A stretch of DNA of 64,000 nucleotides from Amphiscolops sp. MND2022. Taxonomy: Eukaryota. The position numbers were made by a program, and so were the translations under genes. Under the pieces are notes generated by a model. It was not told the origin of the DNA. It ran no database searches and saw only the letters and a program-made list of their open reading frames with translations. Positions 18,691 through 31,272 of the stretch are shown one piece after another; position 1 is the stretch's first letter; every line of letters begins with the position of its first letter. The stretch is from the NCBI GenBank assembly GCA_964187785.1, contig OZ076409.1, positions 34,040,001 to 34,104,000 of the forward strand, given 5' to 3'.

Positions 18691-21074
18691 GAGAAAAGCG
18701 AAAAAACGCACTGAATTTGATCAATTTTCCACAAAATCGGACTGTCTCTGAGCTAGGGTCGGGTCATCGATTCCTGAACCCTAGCCAAAAAGTGGTTGCA
18801 TTTTCGTAACCACCACAAAAATTAACGTTAGTGCCGAAAATTTGGTGGGCGTATCGCTCACCAAAGTCGAGAAAAGCTCTCTGACATTTCGACCTCAGAG
18901 AAGCGTAAAAGGACCGAAAAAATCCAAAACTGCAGGACTGCCAGTGCCTTATACCTAACGGGCACAACCAATTGAGGGTTTATCCCAGTGCTACGGATAG
19001 TGGGGCGACACGTTGGTCCCATTTTGCCCGCCGTATCACTTTCTGAGGTGATCCTCTTGGTCAATTTGTGAAAAAAGTCGTCAAAAACAGTGTTTTTTCG
19101 TGTACAACGTACATAGTGGGTCGAAACCTCAAATAAGCGCTCGCGCTTCAATTCGACCATATCAGTGGCATTGTAGGTGCCCACTGGCATAGACTACCAA
19201 GTTTGGTGCCAATTTGTGTGATACTTGTCGAGAAAATAGGAAAAACGCGGTGCCCAAAAAAGTGCGCAAAAAGGCAGTTTTTTCTTAATTTTTCCAAGTA
19301 ACCCGGGTACCTTAGCCGACGGGTGGGTCTATATTGCAGCCCACCATCGTAACTTGTGCTAGTTCCTACGTTGCTGCAGAGAATTTGAGCTTGCTAGCTT
19401 TTTCCAGTGGACCGCAATCTTGAAAAAGACGTGAAAAACAGTGCTTTTCGGTACATAGTGACACCGCACGTCTGTACCTAGGTGAAACTGTGTAGAAGGG
19501 GCGCAGCTCAAAACTGTGTTCATTTTCGTAAACCTACGTGTACCTAAGATCTGCTGGTCAATTTTGGGCTAGATACAGCGCTTCCAGCGCACACACGAGC
19601 CTCTTGAGTATTGTGGTGCGATTTTTGGAAAATCCAAAAATTCTTTGAAATTCTTCCTGTGGGTGACTGGAGACTTTTTGCCCTAAACCAGGTTGATTTT
19701 CTGGCCCAGTGTGCTTGTGGGAAAGCGTTGTGCAAATTTGAACAGCCTACGAGCCTTAGAACGTGTTTTGAAAAATCTTGGACGTTGAAAAACATCAATT
19801 TTCTTAAGTCCTCACCGAGACGAGCTAGAGGGCCAAATCCTTGAGGAGACCCCCTGCAAGCATACCAGCGTCTATTTCACTACTCTAACAGCGTGATTGG
19901 TGCCTACTGACAGCGTCTACCAAGTTTGGTGTCAATTGGTATTGTATCTGTTGAGAAATTGACTAAAACAAACTGCACAAGAAGGTGCGCAAGAAGGCGA
20001 ATTCTACGAAGTCTGGTGGGATTGCCTGAACACCTTATTCAAAGAGTGGGACCAAATTGCTGCCCACTATCGTAATCAGTGCAAGTTTATCGTATCGTTG
20101 CCAAAAAACGAGCTTGGGAGCTCTTTGCTGTTTGCCGGAATCTGAGTTGACACGTGAAGAACACTGCATTTTGGAACACGGTGATACGGAACGTCAGTAT
20201 CAGATCTAAATCTTGCCCAGTGGTCTGAATTCTCATTGATTAATTTTGTAGTGTAGCTGGCTGTACGTGTGATTGCGTGACCAATTTTGAGCCCGATACC
20301 ACGTTTCCAGCACTTGTAAAAGCCATCTGAGTGATTTTCGAAAACAGTTGAAAAATCCAAAAATCGTTGAAAAAGGCTCTAGCTCGAAGCTGGAGGCAAT
20401 CATCAGCTACGGAAGGTTATTTTTCTGACTTGTGTGGCTGACAAATTGTGCTGTGTCATTTTGTACCCAGTACGAGTGATAAAACTGAATTTGACTTTGT
20501 TCAGACACACGTTTTGAACGAAAATCCCGAAAACGCCAGAAAAACTATCAGTGTAAATCCTCAATACTTCCGCTGTACAGGAGGCAGACCCAAAAAGCCT
20601 TCATTTTCCAACGGAAAGGACCCAATAGACCCTCCTGGGTGCAAACGAGGCAAATCCCACGGTTCAAAAAAATTGCCGGCAGGGGTCATAAATTTTGGAC
20701 TCCTCTGGAACTTTGAAATTTGATCCTGAACAGTTCGAGGCAGCAGTTTTAAAGTGCCTGCGACGCACTCTGGACTACATTTTCCAAACGAAAATCTCTA
20801 GGAGTTACCTGGAGCAGGGTTTTCGATATCCAAAAGATACCCTGAGTGTTCCGACTTAGCCAAAATCACAAGATTTTGGGAGGAGCAACTTCCTAGTGAC
20901 GACAAATTTGAGCGGATTGCCCGAGTGTGACACCTTTTTGAACACTCTGGTGCCTCATTTTGGTGTTATTTCGCTGTATCGAGTAGCACCAACGCCGAGT
21001 ATTACGCCAAATTTGCAGAGAACTCTTTTGGGCAATTGCAAAATACCCAAATCTCTCGAGGTTGAGAGGCGAAG

Positions 21075-24000
21075 TTGCTACCGAGTTTGCTGAAAGACTC
21101 CTTTGACCCACATCCTGCTACATCTAACGCTGGAATGAAACCTTCGGAACAATTCCAACGCCTCTGCTTCTTTTTGAAGGGGGGAGAGGGGACCAGCGCA
21201 GTACAACCAATTGATGAACCGGCCTCGATATCTTTGAACAACGCAACCATGGGCATGGCTCACACGTCGCCTAGGGATCGAGGCGGGTTGCTCGAGAGCA
21301 ATCATGGTACTGATGACCCAAAAGATGAATTGATATCTCCCGAACATTTGAAATTCACGGAGGCGATATCCAAAACTATAACTAAAGCGTTGGCTCCCTT
21401 GATTGCCAATCGTGATCAAACCGCTGTTCGACCAACCTTATACAGAGGTTCGAAAGACGGGACTGTTGAAGAGTGGTTGCTCGTGATGAAACGGTATTTG
21501 GAGCGAGTTTATTCCAATGCTTCACCTGTCGACAAGGCCTGGGCGATAATCGATCACTTAGGTGATGAAGCTCGGAGTTTTATAATCAACAAACCGGAGT
21601 CCGAACGGGATTCTCACGAGAAGGTGACTACCTTGCTCTCCAGCAGATTTGGGACTGGGAAAAGTCGCTGGCCAGTGAGGCAGGCTTTCAGGTTGCGGAA
21701 TCAGCTTGAGAAAGAGGGCCTGATGCAGTATCTAGATGCATTAGAGGGTCTGAGGAGTCAGGGTTTTCCTGATGAGCCTATCACTACCCGACGCTATGAA
21801 ATCTTGCATCGGTTCATGGATGGGGTCAGCGATCCCGTGTTGCAACGAGAACTGACGGTAGTGTTTGCGACTGAGGCGTATCTAGTCGACCCACCTACCG
21901 AGGAGTCACTTCGGTTCACTGTACAGGAACTCCAAAGGAGTCGTCACCAACAACAGCCTCGTGACCCAGGGTGCACCGAGACTGTACCTTATCAGTACCT
22001 ACAGAGCGACGAAGTGCCGGGGTCACCAGTGGCTCCGCAGCATGAATTGCTGCCACCCCTTGCACGCCGGTCGGCGCGATTGCCGATGCCGGCTGCGTCA
22101 GTACACACAACCCCTGAATACAGACAGACCGCAACCTTAGAGCAATCCGCGCGCTGCTTGCAGAGTGCTTGCGCGAGACGCAAGCTGGTGGTGCATCGCC
22201 CGGAGCATATTCTTGACCCACATGGTGAGTCCCAGCAAGGTGCTGCAGCAGCGGTTCCAGCGCCTGCTGTCCCAGTGAAATCGTGCACAACTGAGGTGTC
22301 TGCAGGTTGTCCAACATTATCAATCCAGTCAGAAACTTCCAGCCCTAGGGCTGAAGAAAAGAAGAAAACGGATGCAACGCAAACCCTGTCTACTGCCTCT
22401 GGCAGGGTATTAATGCTACGTCCAGCTGACCAAGCCACCGTAAATGCTCCATTGACTGTCACCTGTGGCACAAAGCAGGTGCAGACAGGTTTGGAGTCCA
22501 CAACGTTTGACCCTAGTGGCCGGACTTTATTGTCTGTACACCTAGTACTGGCCTCGGAGCAACAAATACGCCCAGATTTGACCTTGGAAAAATTGAAGCT
22601 CGAGTTAGCTAGCAATTCGGCTGTCAAAAAGATCTCCTTACCACTGCCAGAAGAATGGTATACTGAAGGCGAAGCTAGTACGTGCACGGCATACACCCCA
22701 GTTCCGGTGCATGCCAACATAGATGGCGTGGACATGAAATTTGATGCCAGCGTGGTAGTAGATGTGTTCCCTCAAGGAGTGTGTCTAGGGCCACATGAAT
22801 TACGCTGCTACAGCATCAGCAAGCAGGAGCCCACGGGTGAGGCCCGCATAGATGAGCGTGCGTCGCTCGTTGTATCTTTTGCAGTGCCAGATGCCAGCCC
22901 TATTCCACTGAGAGGAATGGTCGACACGGGGTCAGGCGTATCAATCATGAGTTTCTCAGCCTTCAACCGTGTAGCCTTGCGGACTGGTGTAGCGCTACAA
23001 CCTTACCGAATCGACTTGTATGCTGCTAATGGGAAGACGATGAAAACTTTTGGAATAGCGGAGAGTGTGCGCTTCCAACTTGGTGGATATGAACTCGAAA
23101 CAAATTTCGTGGTCGTTGATGACGCACATGGCTTGGAAGATTTCTTGCTGGGTAGGAATTTTCTGCGAACATACAACGTGCTGGTAGATCTGACCTCCAT
23201 GAAAATTGTGGTGCGAGCACCGGCTAAGCCTGTGTGGCATCACGCACACGCCCAGACGAGTGACGAAGCTTTATCCAGCACAGTAGTTTTGGATCAAGAC
23301 GTAGTGCTCCAGCCATTTGAACGTGCTGTTTTACGAGCTAAGTTGGTCACTTCGAACTTGGAAGCTTTTGCTTTCAGTAATGTTGTGATTAACTTTGCAA
23401 CACCGAACCGATTGCTGAAGAACACTATATTCGTGGAAGACACTATAGCCACTGTTGGAGAGGCAGGTTCGTTCTATGTCTCTGTTGGCAATCTGACAAG
23501 CAATGCCCAAAAAGTGAAGTGCGGCACCATGCTTGGTACTGCTGCGCCAGTACGCCTAGTCTACCATGCAGTTCCCCAATGTGTGCTAGCGCATAAAGGC
23601 GAGAGTGACGAAAAATCGGACTCCCCAAATGAGTTCGTCAACAGGGTCTATTCCGAAATGGACCTGAACTCGCATTCAAGATGTTCGTCGTCGTCGGAGT
23701 TCGAGTTTCTCTCCTCTACAGACCCATCGGAGGAGGGGTTGTCAGAGCGCGAGATCAGAAAGCGCACTGACCCTGATCTCTTGGCCCCTATTCCTGGACC
23801 CGAATCTCAGTTAGAGGAGGTACAGAAGTTGTGGGGACAGACTGCTCGCGACTCGCTGAACAACATCCTAACGGAATTTGATGACCTATTCATGAAGCAC
23901 AAAGCAGACATTGGTCGCTGCACAATAGCCAAGCATCCTGTTGAGTTGGAGCCTGGGGCTGTACCGCATCGTGAAGGTACTCGTAGAATGTCTCCTGACA

Positions 24001-27000
24001 AGGCGGAGCGTGCCAATCAGGAGGTACGCAATCTCCTGGCTTTGGGCATGATCCAACCTTCGCTATCACCTTGGGCGAGTGGGATTGTGATGGTAAAAAA
24101 GAAAAATGGGGAGTTGCGATTCTGCTGCGACTTTCGCCCCCTCAACGCTGTCACAATAAAGGATGCGTATCCCCTCCCACGCATCGATGAAAGCCTTTCA
24201 CGCTTGGGTAAGGCCAAGATTTACACCAGTATTGATTTGGCCTGGGCTTTCTGGCAGATACCAGTGCGCAAAGCAGATAGGCAGAAAACGGCCTTTGCCT
24301 GCGAGCTGGGTTTGTTTGAGTGGAGACGTATGCCCTTTGGGATGTGTAACGCTTCAGCTACTTTCCAGCGAGCCATAGCGCGAGCGCTACGGAAAATTGT
24401 GAACCGTGAAGGAAGCATGGTGATGGCGTACATTGACGACATCGTCATTGCTACCGAGACAGTCGAGGACCACATGGTACGCTTACGCGAGGTATTTGAA
24501 TGTCTGCGCGAAGCTGGCTTCAAAATGAGAGTCGCTAAGTGCGACTTTATGAAGTCGGAAATCAAGTACCTGGGACGTGTGGTCTCTGCCGAAGGTATCA
24601 AACCTGATCCTAAAGCAGTGGTAAAACTACGCGATTGGGAAGTACCGAGGAACAAAACGGAGATGCAAAGTTTTTTGGGCTTCGCCAACTATTATCGAGA
24701 GTTTATTCCTTGGCACGCCAAGCTTGTGGCCCCCTTGCATGCTATTACCGGCCTGGGCGCGACTTTCGCCTGGGGGGATGAGCAGCAACAGGCTTTCAAC
24801 GCCGTCAAATTGGCTTTGATCGAGGCAACTGCCTTGGCGCAACCGGACTCGGAGGGCGAATTTGTGCTGGACACTGATGCCAGCGCTGTTGCAATTTCCG
24901 GCATTTTGCATCAGTGGCAGGGTCCTCCGGGCAATATGCGCCTGAGACCAATTGTGTATGGTAGCAAGAAGTTGAATGCCACTCAAGCGAAGTATGGCGC
25001 TCCCAAGCTTGAAATGTACGCAGCTTATTATTTCATCTTGAAGAATCACAGTTATCTCTGCTCCAGAAAGTTCATCCTTCGGGTTGACAATCAAGCTCTC
25101 TCTTGGCTCAAAACGTATTCCACTGATCAGGCCTTGATTGGACGATGGATTATGGCACTCGAGAAGTACCATTTCAAAGTGGAGCATCGTCCCAGGACAC
25201 AGCATAGGAATGCCGATGGCCTCAGTAAACGAACCAATGATTATCGGTGGCGAGAGAAGCAGCTCGAGAAGCTGCCAGCTGTGACAGACAAATGGAATTT
25301 CCTCTCACAGGAGGAGTTTGACCAGCTGCCCGTTGCACCCTGGTTCGATTTGCATGGTCGGGTGATACCCAATCACCCCCAATTGCCCGCTCACTTGCGG
25401 AACACTAAACCAGACCCCACAAATGCAGTTTGTCGTGTTGCACGACGGCGTAAGCGCCGTCAGGCCGCTGAGAAAAGGGAGAGGGCGCTACGCGCTCCTC
25501 TACCTGAGGCACCAGTGCCTACATTGCAAACTCACGAAGACTTCTATCCAGATTATCCTGAGGACTGGATTGACGTCACTGAAGAGGCTAGGCAAGATTA
25601 CTTGCTGCCTACACATGTGGCAAATATCCCCTCACGCATGACATATGCCCTTGACGAAACAGTGGAGCAAGCCATGGCTTCCGCTCCAACGGTGGTTAGG
25701 CAAGCTGCCCTAGCCATCAAAGAAATAGACACGGAACTTCATGAACATGCGAACACGGTGCATGGCATCAAGGATCTGCTTTTGGCACAGAATCGTGATG
25801 TGCATGTGCTAGCCATAAAGAAGTTGGTAGCACAAGAGTCTATTGATCATGACATTTTTCCTGAAGACGTGCGTGCGTTCGCACGTAACTATTACAAGCA
25901 GAAAAAAGATCTTCTGTTTGTAAACAAAAATGGAATTCTTTGTGTTAAGTATCCACCTCAGCAACGTCCATTGCACGAACGTCCGTGCATGATTGTAATG
26001 CCACAATTGTACCAGCATGAAATTTTGTTTCGTGCTCACGATGCCATGGGCCACCAAGGCATTGCAAAGGTGGTTTCGCGAATCCAAGAACGCCACACCT
26101 GGCCAGGTATTCGCCGCAGTGTTGGTCAGTACGTGAGTCAGTGCCTCACGTGCCAGCAAGTACGTGACAGGCCGGGTGACGTTCGGTTTCACTTGAAAAA
26201 TATCCAAAGTGGGTATTTCAATGAGTTGGTCCAGTATGACCATCTGAAAATATGCCCCTCCGATAACAATAACACCGGCATATTGGTGATAATTGACCAT
26301 TTCTCCAAGTTTGCGGAGGCTGTACCCTGCAGCCATGAGGATTACGATGCAGTGACCACGTCTAGGTTGCTTTTGCAGAAATGGTTTGCCAGACACGGCA
26401 CGCCTACGCGGATGCAGTCAGACAATGCCCCCAACTTGACCGCAGAGGTATCCAATGAGTTCATGAGGGCATCTCAGGTCACAAAAGTTACCTCTACGGC
26501 GGGTCATCCGCGCACCCAAGGCCTGGTTGAACGACAAAATCGGACTTTGCTGACTTTGTTGCGGGTATTCTGCTCGCGTCGCATGAGAGATTGGGACCAG
26601 CATTTGGATGAAGTCATGGGAGCGTATAACTCAACGCGCCATGCCACGACTGGGTTTTCACCCTACATGCTGACCCGAGGGACCGAAAAGGCTATTCCTC
26701 TCACCTATCTGTATCCGGAGTTCGCAGCCAGATCATTTGAATCGCATGGAGCTTATGTGGAGCATATTTTTGCTCGCCAGCAAGAGATTCATGACTTGGT
26801 GCGTAGAAACACGCATCAGGCGCAACAACGTCAAAAGCTAAAATATGATCGAGCTATTCGTGCAAACGCATACAATGTGGGAGACCCCGTTTGGGTATTC
26901 TGCCGCTATGTACCTCAAAAAGGATCACCGAAGTTGATGAGAGCTTGGCGTGGTCCGCACAAGGTTGTCCATGTACTACAAGATGGCCGCGTCTATATCC

Positions 27001-29381
27001 TGGACTCAGGACAAAAAGTGCACTTTGAGCGGCTGAAACCTCATCATGGTGGCCCTACGGAGTTTGTTGCGCTTCCCTCGGGGAGTGGCGAAGTGGTCGT
27101 TGTCATGGATCCTGAGCCTGAGCACTCTGCTGAGGAGATCCGAGATGACTGCTCACAACCCTCATATCGCGAGGAAGAACCGCTCTCTGAAGCATCAGAT
27201 GTATCGCTACCATCAAGGAGACGCCACTGGATGGACACCAGGTTGCGTACTAGAATGCGAGCTGGAGGCAGTCGTCTCCACTATCAGCAATTTGATTATT
27301 CCAGTTCCGACCCAGAGCGTTCGCGGTCTGACGACTTGCTGTCAGATGCCCGAGATCATTCCCAGGCAGAACCTCCGGCGCTATTCGAAGCCTCAATGCC
27401 TCCCGATGAACAACCTCGGTCATTTGAACCTGCCGATGAGCTTCCATTTTTATCCGAATCTGAAGTTTTTCCGGAAGTACCTCAATCGCAAGATATTCCC
27501 GTTGCAACTGGAGAAGCCGAATTATCACTAGCGGGTACATCTGCTCCTCTGTTGACAAATCCTACATTGACGGATGTGCCTATTAGTATTCCCCAATTGC
27601 CGAATGGTACCTCCAACCTCCAAAACACTGAAACCCGTGACACCGAGTTATCCAACACCAACGAGCCAACTGCTCGGAACAATGTCCCTAGCACGCGCGG
27701 CAGGGGCAGATCGCGAGCTGCTCTATCTCGTTGTTCGACACGAGCAACAAATTCCCGGTCGCAGAACGTGAGCGTGCGCGCTCAAAGGACTCCCAGTCGC
27801 AGAGGACGTCCTCGAGGACGACCTCCTCGGAGGCCACGAGGACACACTATTTCTTCACGGCAAACAGCTCGTGAAAATGACACACAGCCATCAATTACAT
27901 CCGATTCTGACTCTGATGCGCCCACCGCGCAGCTTACATCCGATGTTGACCAAGGCGCAACGCAGGTTAACCCACACTATGGCTTACGCCGGAATCGAGT
28001 ACCTCGATATCGATGTGGAACCTGTGGGCTTCGCGATTGCACTTGTGTCATGGCTCTGAACAGATCGCCCACTATCCCACTTGGACCTGTGAAAGCTCCG
28101 GTGGATCCGAAGCCTCAACCTCTTATCCACAATGGTAAACTTCTTGTCAGTCGCGTTGTCATCCGCGCAGAGAAGACATACACCGGACTAGAAAGAGAAC
28201 GTATCTTCCCTGTAGACGTCGTGCTGGAAGAATTATCTAAATCCAAGATTGCTGAGGAACCTTGTCCTCGCTTCAAAGAGTGGACAAGCGATCTCCGCGG
28301 ATTGGAATTCACGCTTCCCGTCACAGTGCCTCCTGTCACTCCTAACATTGTATTTGGACCTTTCAATTATGAGAGGGAACCCATCCAAATGGTCCGCTGT
28401 ATCACCGCTGACCTCCTATCTGACAAATACGGCATCACCTGTCAGCCTGGTGAAGTGTATCGCCCAGCCCAATTTTGGTGGTTGCTTGTAACTGCCCCAC
28501 ATGCTCACTCTTTGGTACAGCCTGACAGCTTGCGGAGCTGTCTAGAAAGTTTGCGGACTGTTGTCACAGAGGAACTCATTTTGTGCTTCCACATCGTTGA
28601 TCTTTATCGTGGAAAACTACGGTTCCGATGGTGGCTAGAGCTGATTATCACTTTGTTCGCTAGCTTCCCTCGTATCCGCCTTTTGGATGATTGGACCCAT
28701 TCCTTCACCGAGCCTGTAACGATCCACACTGCACTTGGTATCCTGGATTCATGGTCAACAGCAAATGTGGATAATCAGTCCCTGTCGAGGTCCGTATGGC
28801 AGGATCTATCTGCTATTCGTGGACAGAACCATATAGACCCAGCTGATGAAAAAGGTCCCGGACGTCAGATGGTGTTTCCTGGTGCCCTACGACCAAATTT
28901 GGTCGACTACATTGTTTACGACCAAACTGATTTCTTGCAGGTGCAGGGCCACGTGGCAATTTGCTGCCCCGCAGACCTTAATACCAATTCTGCTGCCTTG
29001 CGCTACATTCTTCGCGAGTGTGGCAGCGACAAAATATTCCAACTTCGCCCAACAGTTGGTGAAGTCCTCACTATCCCATCCTCATTATCTTTTATGGATA
29101 ATCAAGTTATTCACCTAATGATAACACGCCCCTCCCAGCGTTCACCACAAATCACCGATGACTTTGTCTTATGCTTGGAGCACTTGAAAGCTTCATTATT
29201 GTCCAACGAAACCCCTGATATTCATTTCCCCATAGTTGACCCTGAACGCCCACTTCGTAGTTTGGACAACTTTTATCATAGTGTCATGGACGTTTTTGCA
29301 GGAACTGATATCACTGTATTTCTGCATGATCGCGTCTATGTCTCCATTGCCAGTATTGAACAATTTCCTGGCATCACTTAG
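21075..29381 (+). CDS. gag-pol: Gag-Pol polyprotein, 2768 aa, intact
   Basis: All motifs as in unit 1; 2 codons shorter in the post-integrase linker (PADELPFL vs PANDYEFPVL). Confidence 0.97.
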   Translation: MLPSLLKDSFDPHPATSNAGMKPSEQFQRLCFFLKGGEGTSAVQPIDEPASISLNNATMGMAHTSPRDRGGLLESNHGTDDPKDELISPEHLKFTEAISKTITKALAPLIANRDQTAVRPTLYRGSKDGTVEEWLLVMKRYLERVYSNASPVDKAWAIIDHLGDEARSFIINKPESERDSHEKVTTLLSSRFGTGKSRWPVRQAFRLRNQLEKEGLMQYLDALEGLRSQGFPDEPITTRRYEILHRFMDGVSDPVLQRELTVVFATEAYLVDPPTEESLRFTVQELQRSRHQQQPRDPGCTETVPYQYLQSDEVPGSPVAPQHELLPPLARRSARLPMPAASVHTTPEYRQTATLEQSARCLQSACARRKLVVHRPEHILDPHGESQQGAAAAVPAPAVPVKSCTTEVSAGCPTLSIQSETSSPRAEEKKKTDATQTLSTASGRVLMLRPADQATVNAPLTVTCGTKQVQTGLESTTFDPSGRTLLSVHLVLASEQQIRPDLTLEKLKLELASNSAVKKISLPLPEEWYTEGEASTCTAYTPVPVHANIDGVDMKFDASVVVDVFPQGVCLGPHELRCYSISKQEPTGEARIDERASLVVSFAVPDASPIPLRGMVDTGSGVSIMSFSAFNRVALRTGVALQPYRIDLYAANGKTMKTFGIAESVRFQLGGYELETNFVVVDDAHGLEDFLLGRNFLRTYNVLVDLTSMKIVVRAPAKPVWHHAHAQTSDEALSSTVVLDQDVVLQPFERAVLRAKLVTSNLEAFAFSNVVINFATPNRLLKNTIFVEDTIATVGEAGSFYVSVGNLTSNAQKVKCGTMLGTAAPVRLVYHAVPQCVLAHKGESDEKSDSPNEFVNRVYSEMDLNSHSRCSSSSEFEFLSSTDPSEEGLSEREIRKRTDPDLLAPIPGPESQLEEVQKLWGQTARDSLNNILTEFDDLFMKHKADIGRCTIAKHPVELEPGAVPHREGTRRMSPDKAERANQEVRNLLALGMIQPSLSPWASGIVMVKKKNGELRFCCDFRPLNAVTIKDAYPLPRIDESLSRLGKAKIYTSIDLAWAFWQIPVRKADRQKTAFACELGLFEWRRMPFGMCNASATFQRAIARALRKIVNREGSMVMAYIDDIVIATETVEDHMVRLREVFECLREAGFKMRVAKCDFMKSEIKYLGRVVSAEGIKPDPKAVVKLRDWEVPRNKTEMQSFLGFANYYREFIPWHAKLVAPLHAITGLGATFAWGDEQQQAFNAVKLALIEATALAQPDSEGEFVLDTDASAVAISGILHQWQGPPGNMRLRPIVYGSKKLNATQAKYGAPKLEMYAAYYFILKNHSYLCSRKFILRVDNQALSWLKTYSTDQALIGRWIMALEKYHFKVEHRPRTQHRNADGLSKRTNDYRWREKQLEKLPAVTDKWNFLSQEEFDQLPVAPWFDLHGRVIPNHPQLPAHLRNTKPDPTNAVCRVARRRKRRQAAEKRERALRAPLPEAPVPTLQTHEDFYPDYPEDWIDVTEEARQDYLLPTHVANIPSRMTYALDETVEQAMASAPTVVRQAALAIKEIDTELHEHANTVHGIKDLLLAQNRDVHVLAIKKLVAQESIDHDIFPEDVRAFARNYYKQKKDLLFVNKNGILCVKYPPQQRPLHERPCMIVMPQLYQHEILFRAHDAMGHQGIAKVVSRIQERHTWPGIRRSVGQYVSQCLTCQQVRDRPGDVRFHLKNIQSGYFNELVQYDHLKICPSDNNNTGILVIIDHFSKFAEAVPCSHEDYDAVTTSRLLLQKWFARHGTPTRMQSDNAPNLTAEVSNEFMRASQVTKVTSTAGHPRTQGLVERQNRTLLTLLRVFCSRRMRDWDQHLDEVMGAYNSTRHATTGFSPYMLTRGTEKAIPLTYLYPEFAARSFESHGAYVEHIFARQQEIHDLVRRNTHQAQQRQKLKYDRAIRANAYNVGDPVWVFCRYVPQKGSPKLMRAWRGPHKVVHVLQDGRVYILDSGQKVHFERLKPHHGGPTEFVALPSGSGEVVVVMDPEPEHSAEEIRDDCSQPSYREEEPLSEASDVSLPSRRRHWMDTRLRTRMRAGGSRLHYQQFDYSSSDPERSRSDDLLSDARDHSQAEPPALFEASMPPDEQPRSFEPADELPFLSESEVFPEVPQSQDIPVATGEAELSLAGTSAPLLTNPTLTDVPISIPQLPNGTSNLQNTETRDTELSNTNEPTARNNVPSTRGRGRSRAALSRCSTRATNSRSQNVSVRAQRTPSRRGRPRGRPPRRPRGHTISSRQTARENDTQPSITSDSDSDAPTAQLTSDVDQGATQVNPHYGLRRNRVPRYRCGTCGLRDCTCVMALNRSPTIPLGPVKAPVDPKPQPLIHNGKLLVSRVVIRAEKTYTGLERERIFPVDVVLEELSKSKIAEEPCPRFKEWTSDLRGLEFTLPVTVPPVTPNIVFGPFNYEREPIQMVRCITADLLSDKYGITCQPGEVYRPAQFWWLLVTAPHAHSLVQPDSLRSCLESLRTVVTEELILCFHIVDLYRGKLRFRWWLELIITLFASFPRIRLLDDWTHSFTEPVTIHTALGILDSWSTANVDNQSLSRSVWQDLSAIRGQNHIDPADEKGPGRQMVFPGALRPNLVDYIVYDQTDFLQVQGHVAICCPADLNTNSAALRYILRECGSDKIFQLRPTVGEVLTIPSSLSFMDNQVIHLMITRPSQRSPQITDDFVLCLEHLKASLLSNETPDIHFPIVDPERPLRSLDNFYHSVMDVFAGTDITVFLHDRVYVSIASIEQFPGIT

Positions 29382-30499
29382 CTTCAACGTAAACTTTTGT
29401 TTGGTTAATTTTCTATTTGCTATCCTGATATCTCATGCTTGATATGCGTTGCTTGTTACCTTGTGGTAGCGTGCGTTGAAATCCATTGCCAGAACCACAC
29501 TCCACTTCTTTTCAAGGGGGGAAGGGGTGTCTTCAACGCCCAATCCATCCTCTCGCATTTTCTTCGCATTCTTTGTTAGTCATTGCTATCTTAATATTAA
29601 TGAAGGTGCTCAACGATTAAAGCCCGGGGAGTCCCAGTGCAATAAATAACCCAAAAACTCTACATGTATTGCTACGCCCGAAAGGTGCTATTTTTGTTTT
29701 TCTTTTCCAAGATTTCCAGAAGTTTCCTCCAGATTCCAACGTGATATCCGGAAAAATAAGGAGCGCGCGCGTTCCTGATCTGCAAATGGCAAGATTTGAT
29801 CTACCTTTGTCTGCTTTACTCCAGTGCTTACTCTTACGAGCAGTTCGTAGTTTGCTTCTGATGCGCTCCTTGACAAATGCTATTGAACTCTATACAGTTA
29901 TGGAGCTGCATATCAGTGCGTGTTGCCCAAACCAAGCCGAACTTTAAAAAAAATATATTAAAGAAACAGCTTGTCTTCCTTTTAAACAGTGGTTTTTCTG
30001 CTGAAAAGAAGTTTTAGCGAAAAGAACTTTTAACTGTGCTGCAAACTGAAATTTTATTGCCGTGGAAAAGATGTTTTGCTGAGAACCACGTGCGCTTTGG
30101 AGCGTGAGCGCTCCGTAAAAGAAATTTTAGACGTCCAAAAACCAAAGTGCTAGCAGGATCCTAATCAGACTTTTGCAGAAAACTCGTGCTAAAAAAGTGG
30201 TGCTTTTTTGATTGATGTATGGAATCTTGGATTTGATTAATTTCAAGGTGCATTTTTGAGTACTGGTTTTCTAGCTCTCGAGCTAGCTCTGTTTTAACAG
30301 TTTCTGGACGATGCAGGTTCTCTGGATGGCTAGAAGCAAGACCTCATGGTTGCCCAATCAGCAAAAGATGACAGTGCCACTGGACCGTTGCAACATCACC
30401 AGTTTGAGACCCCCGTGGATTGCACTCGTGATGTGGCGATGTATTCAATGCCAGCCTCTCCGCATGACGGGGACGTCATGCATAAAGCCCGGGGAGTGA

Positions 30500-31272
30500 T
30501 GTAACGGCAAGCTCTGGTACAGCAATATCAACCGATTTTGCAACTTTGACATGTTCAGAAATTTTGTCAAAAATTCTAATCCGATGTGTGACGTGGCACT
30601 GAGCATGTGATTGCTCTTTTCGCTGTTTCCACGAAATTGGCAGGTACTTCGACAACAAAGAGCAAGAACGAGCAAAAATACGGGCGCGCCGCCATGACAG
30701 AAGCCAGAGACGGCAAGAACATCCGAAAATAGACTCTTTTTGAGGTGCTAACACCGGTTTTATCGATTTTCAGCATTATGCTACCTTATGTAGCGGAAAC
30801 CGTAAAAATGAGTCTTTTCGCCTAAAGATCCTTGTTTGGTGCTTGGAGCCCCTGCGCCCCAGCTTTTTAGCTGTGTGGTTTGCCATATTCGTGCCTGTTT
30901 TCATGTATTTTCAGTGATTTTGGCTGTATTCAGTAGCGCTAGCGCTAGTTTAGATCTTATTCCCCAATTTTAGATCTTATTCACATGTCACCCTGGAACT
31001 GGAAATTTACCTTATTCTTGGCATTGTTTTTATATGCTAGTTAAGCGGTGGTCTTTAGAGAGTCAGAAAGATGCCCGTTACTATTAGCAATCAAAGACTA
31101 GGACCGGTTGGACAGTATTCGTCGAAGCACCCGCGGCCCCGGGACGTATTTCACCCCTGGAGGCAAAATGGATCTGTGGCGATGGGCGCCTGTCCCGAGC
31201 GAATCACCCATTCCTGCAGGTTTCTCCACCTCTGTTAACGTGTTAAGCGACCGATAACTGCTTGCCGTTACA
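30500..31272 (+). repeat. LTR3 (773 bp), shared by units 2 and 3
   Basis: Same termini; PPT before, PBS after. Confidence 0.9.

Larger units (their letters stand above)
16273..31272 (+). mobile_element. Ty3/Gypsy LTR retrotransposon, unit 2 (intact ORF, one extra 180-bp leader repeat)
   Basis: Near-identical to unit 1 in structure and sequence. Confidence 0.95.
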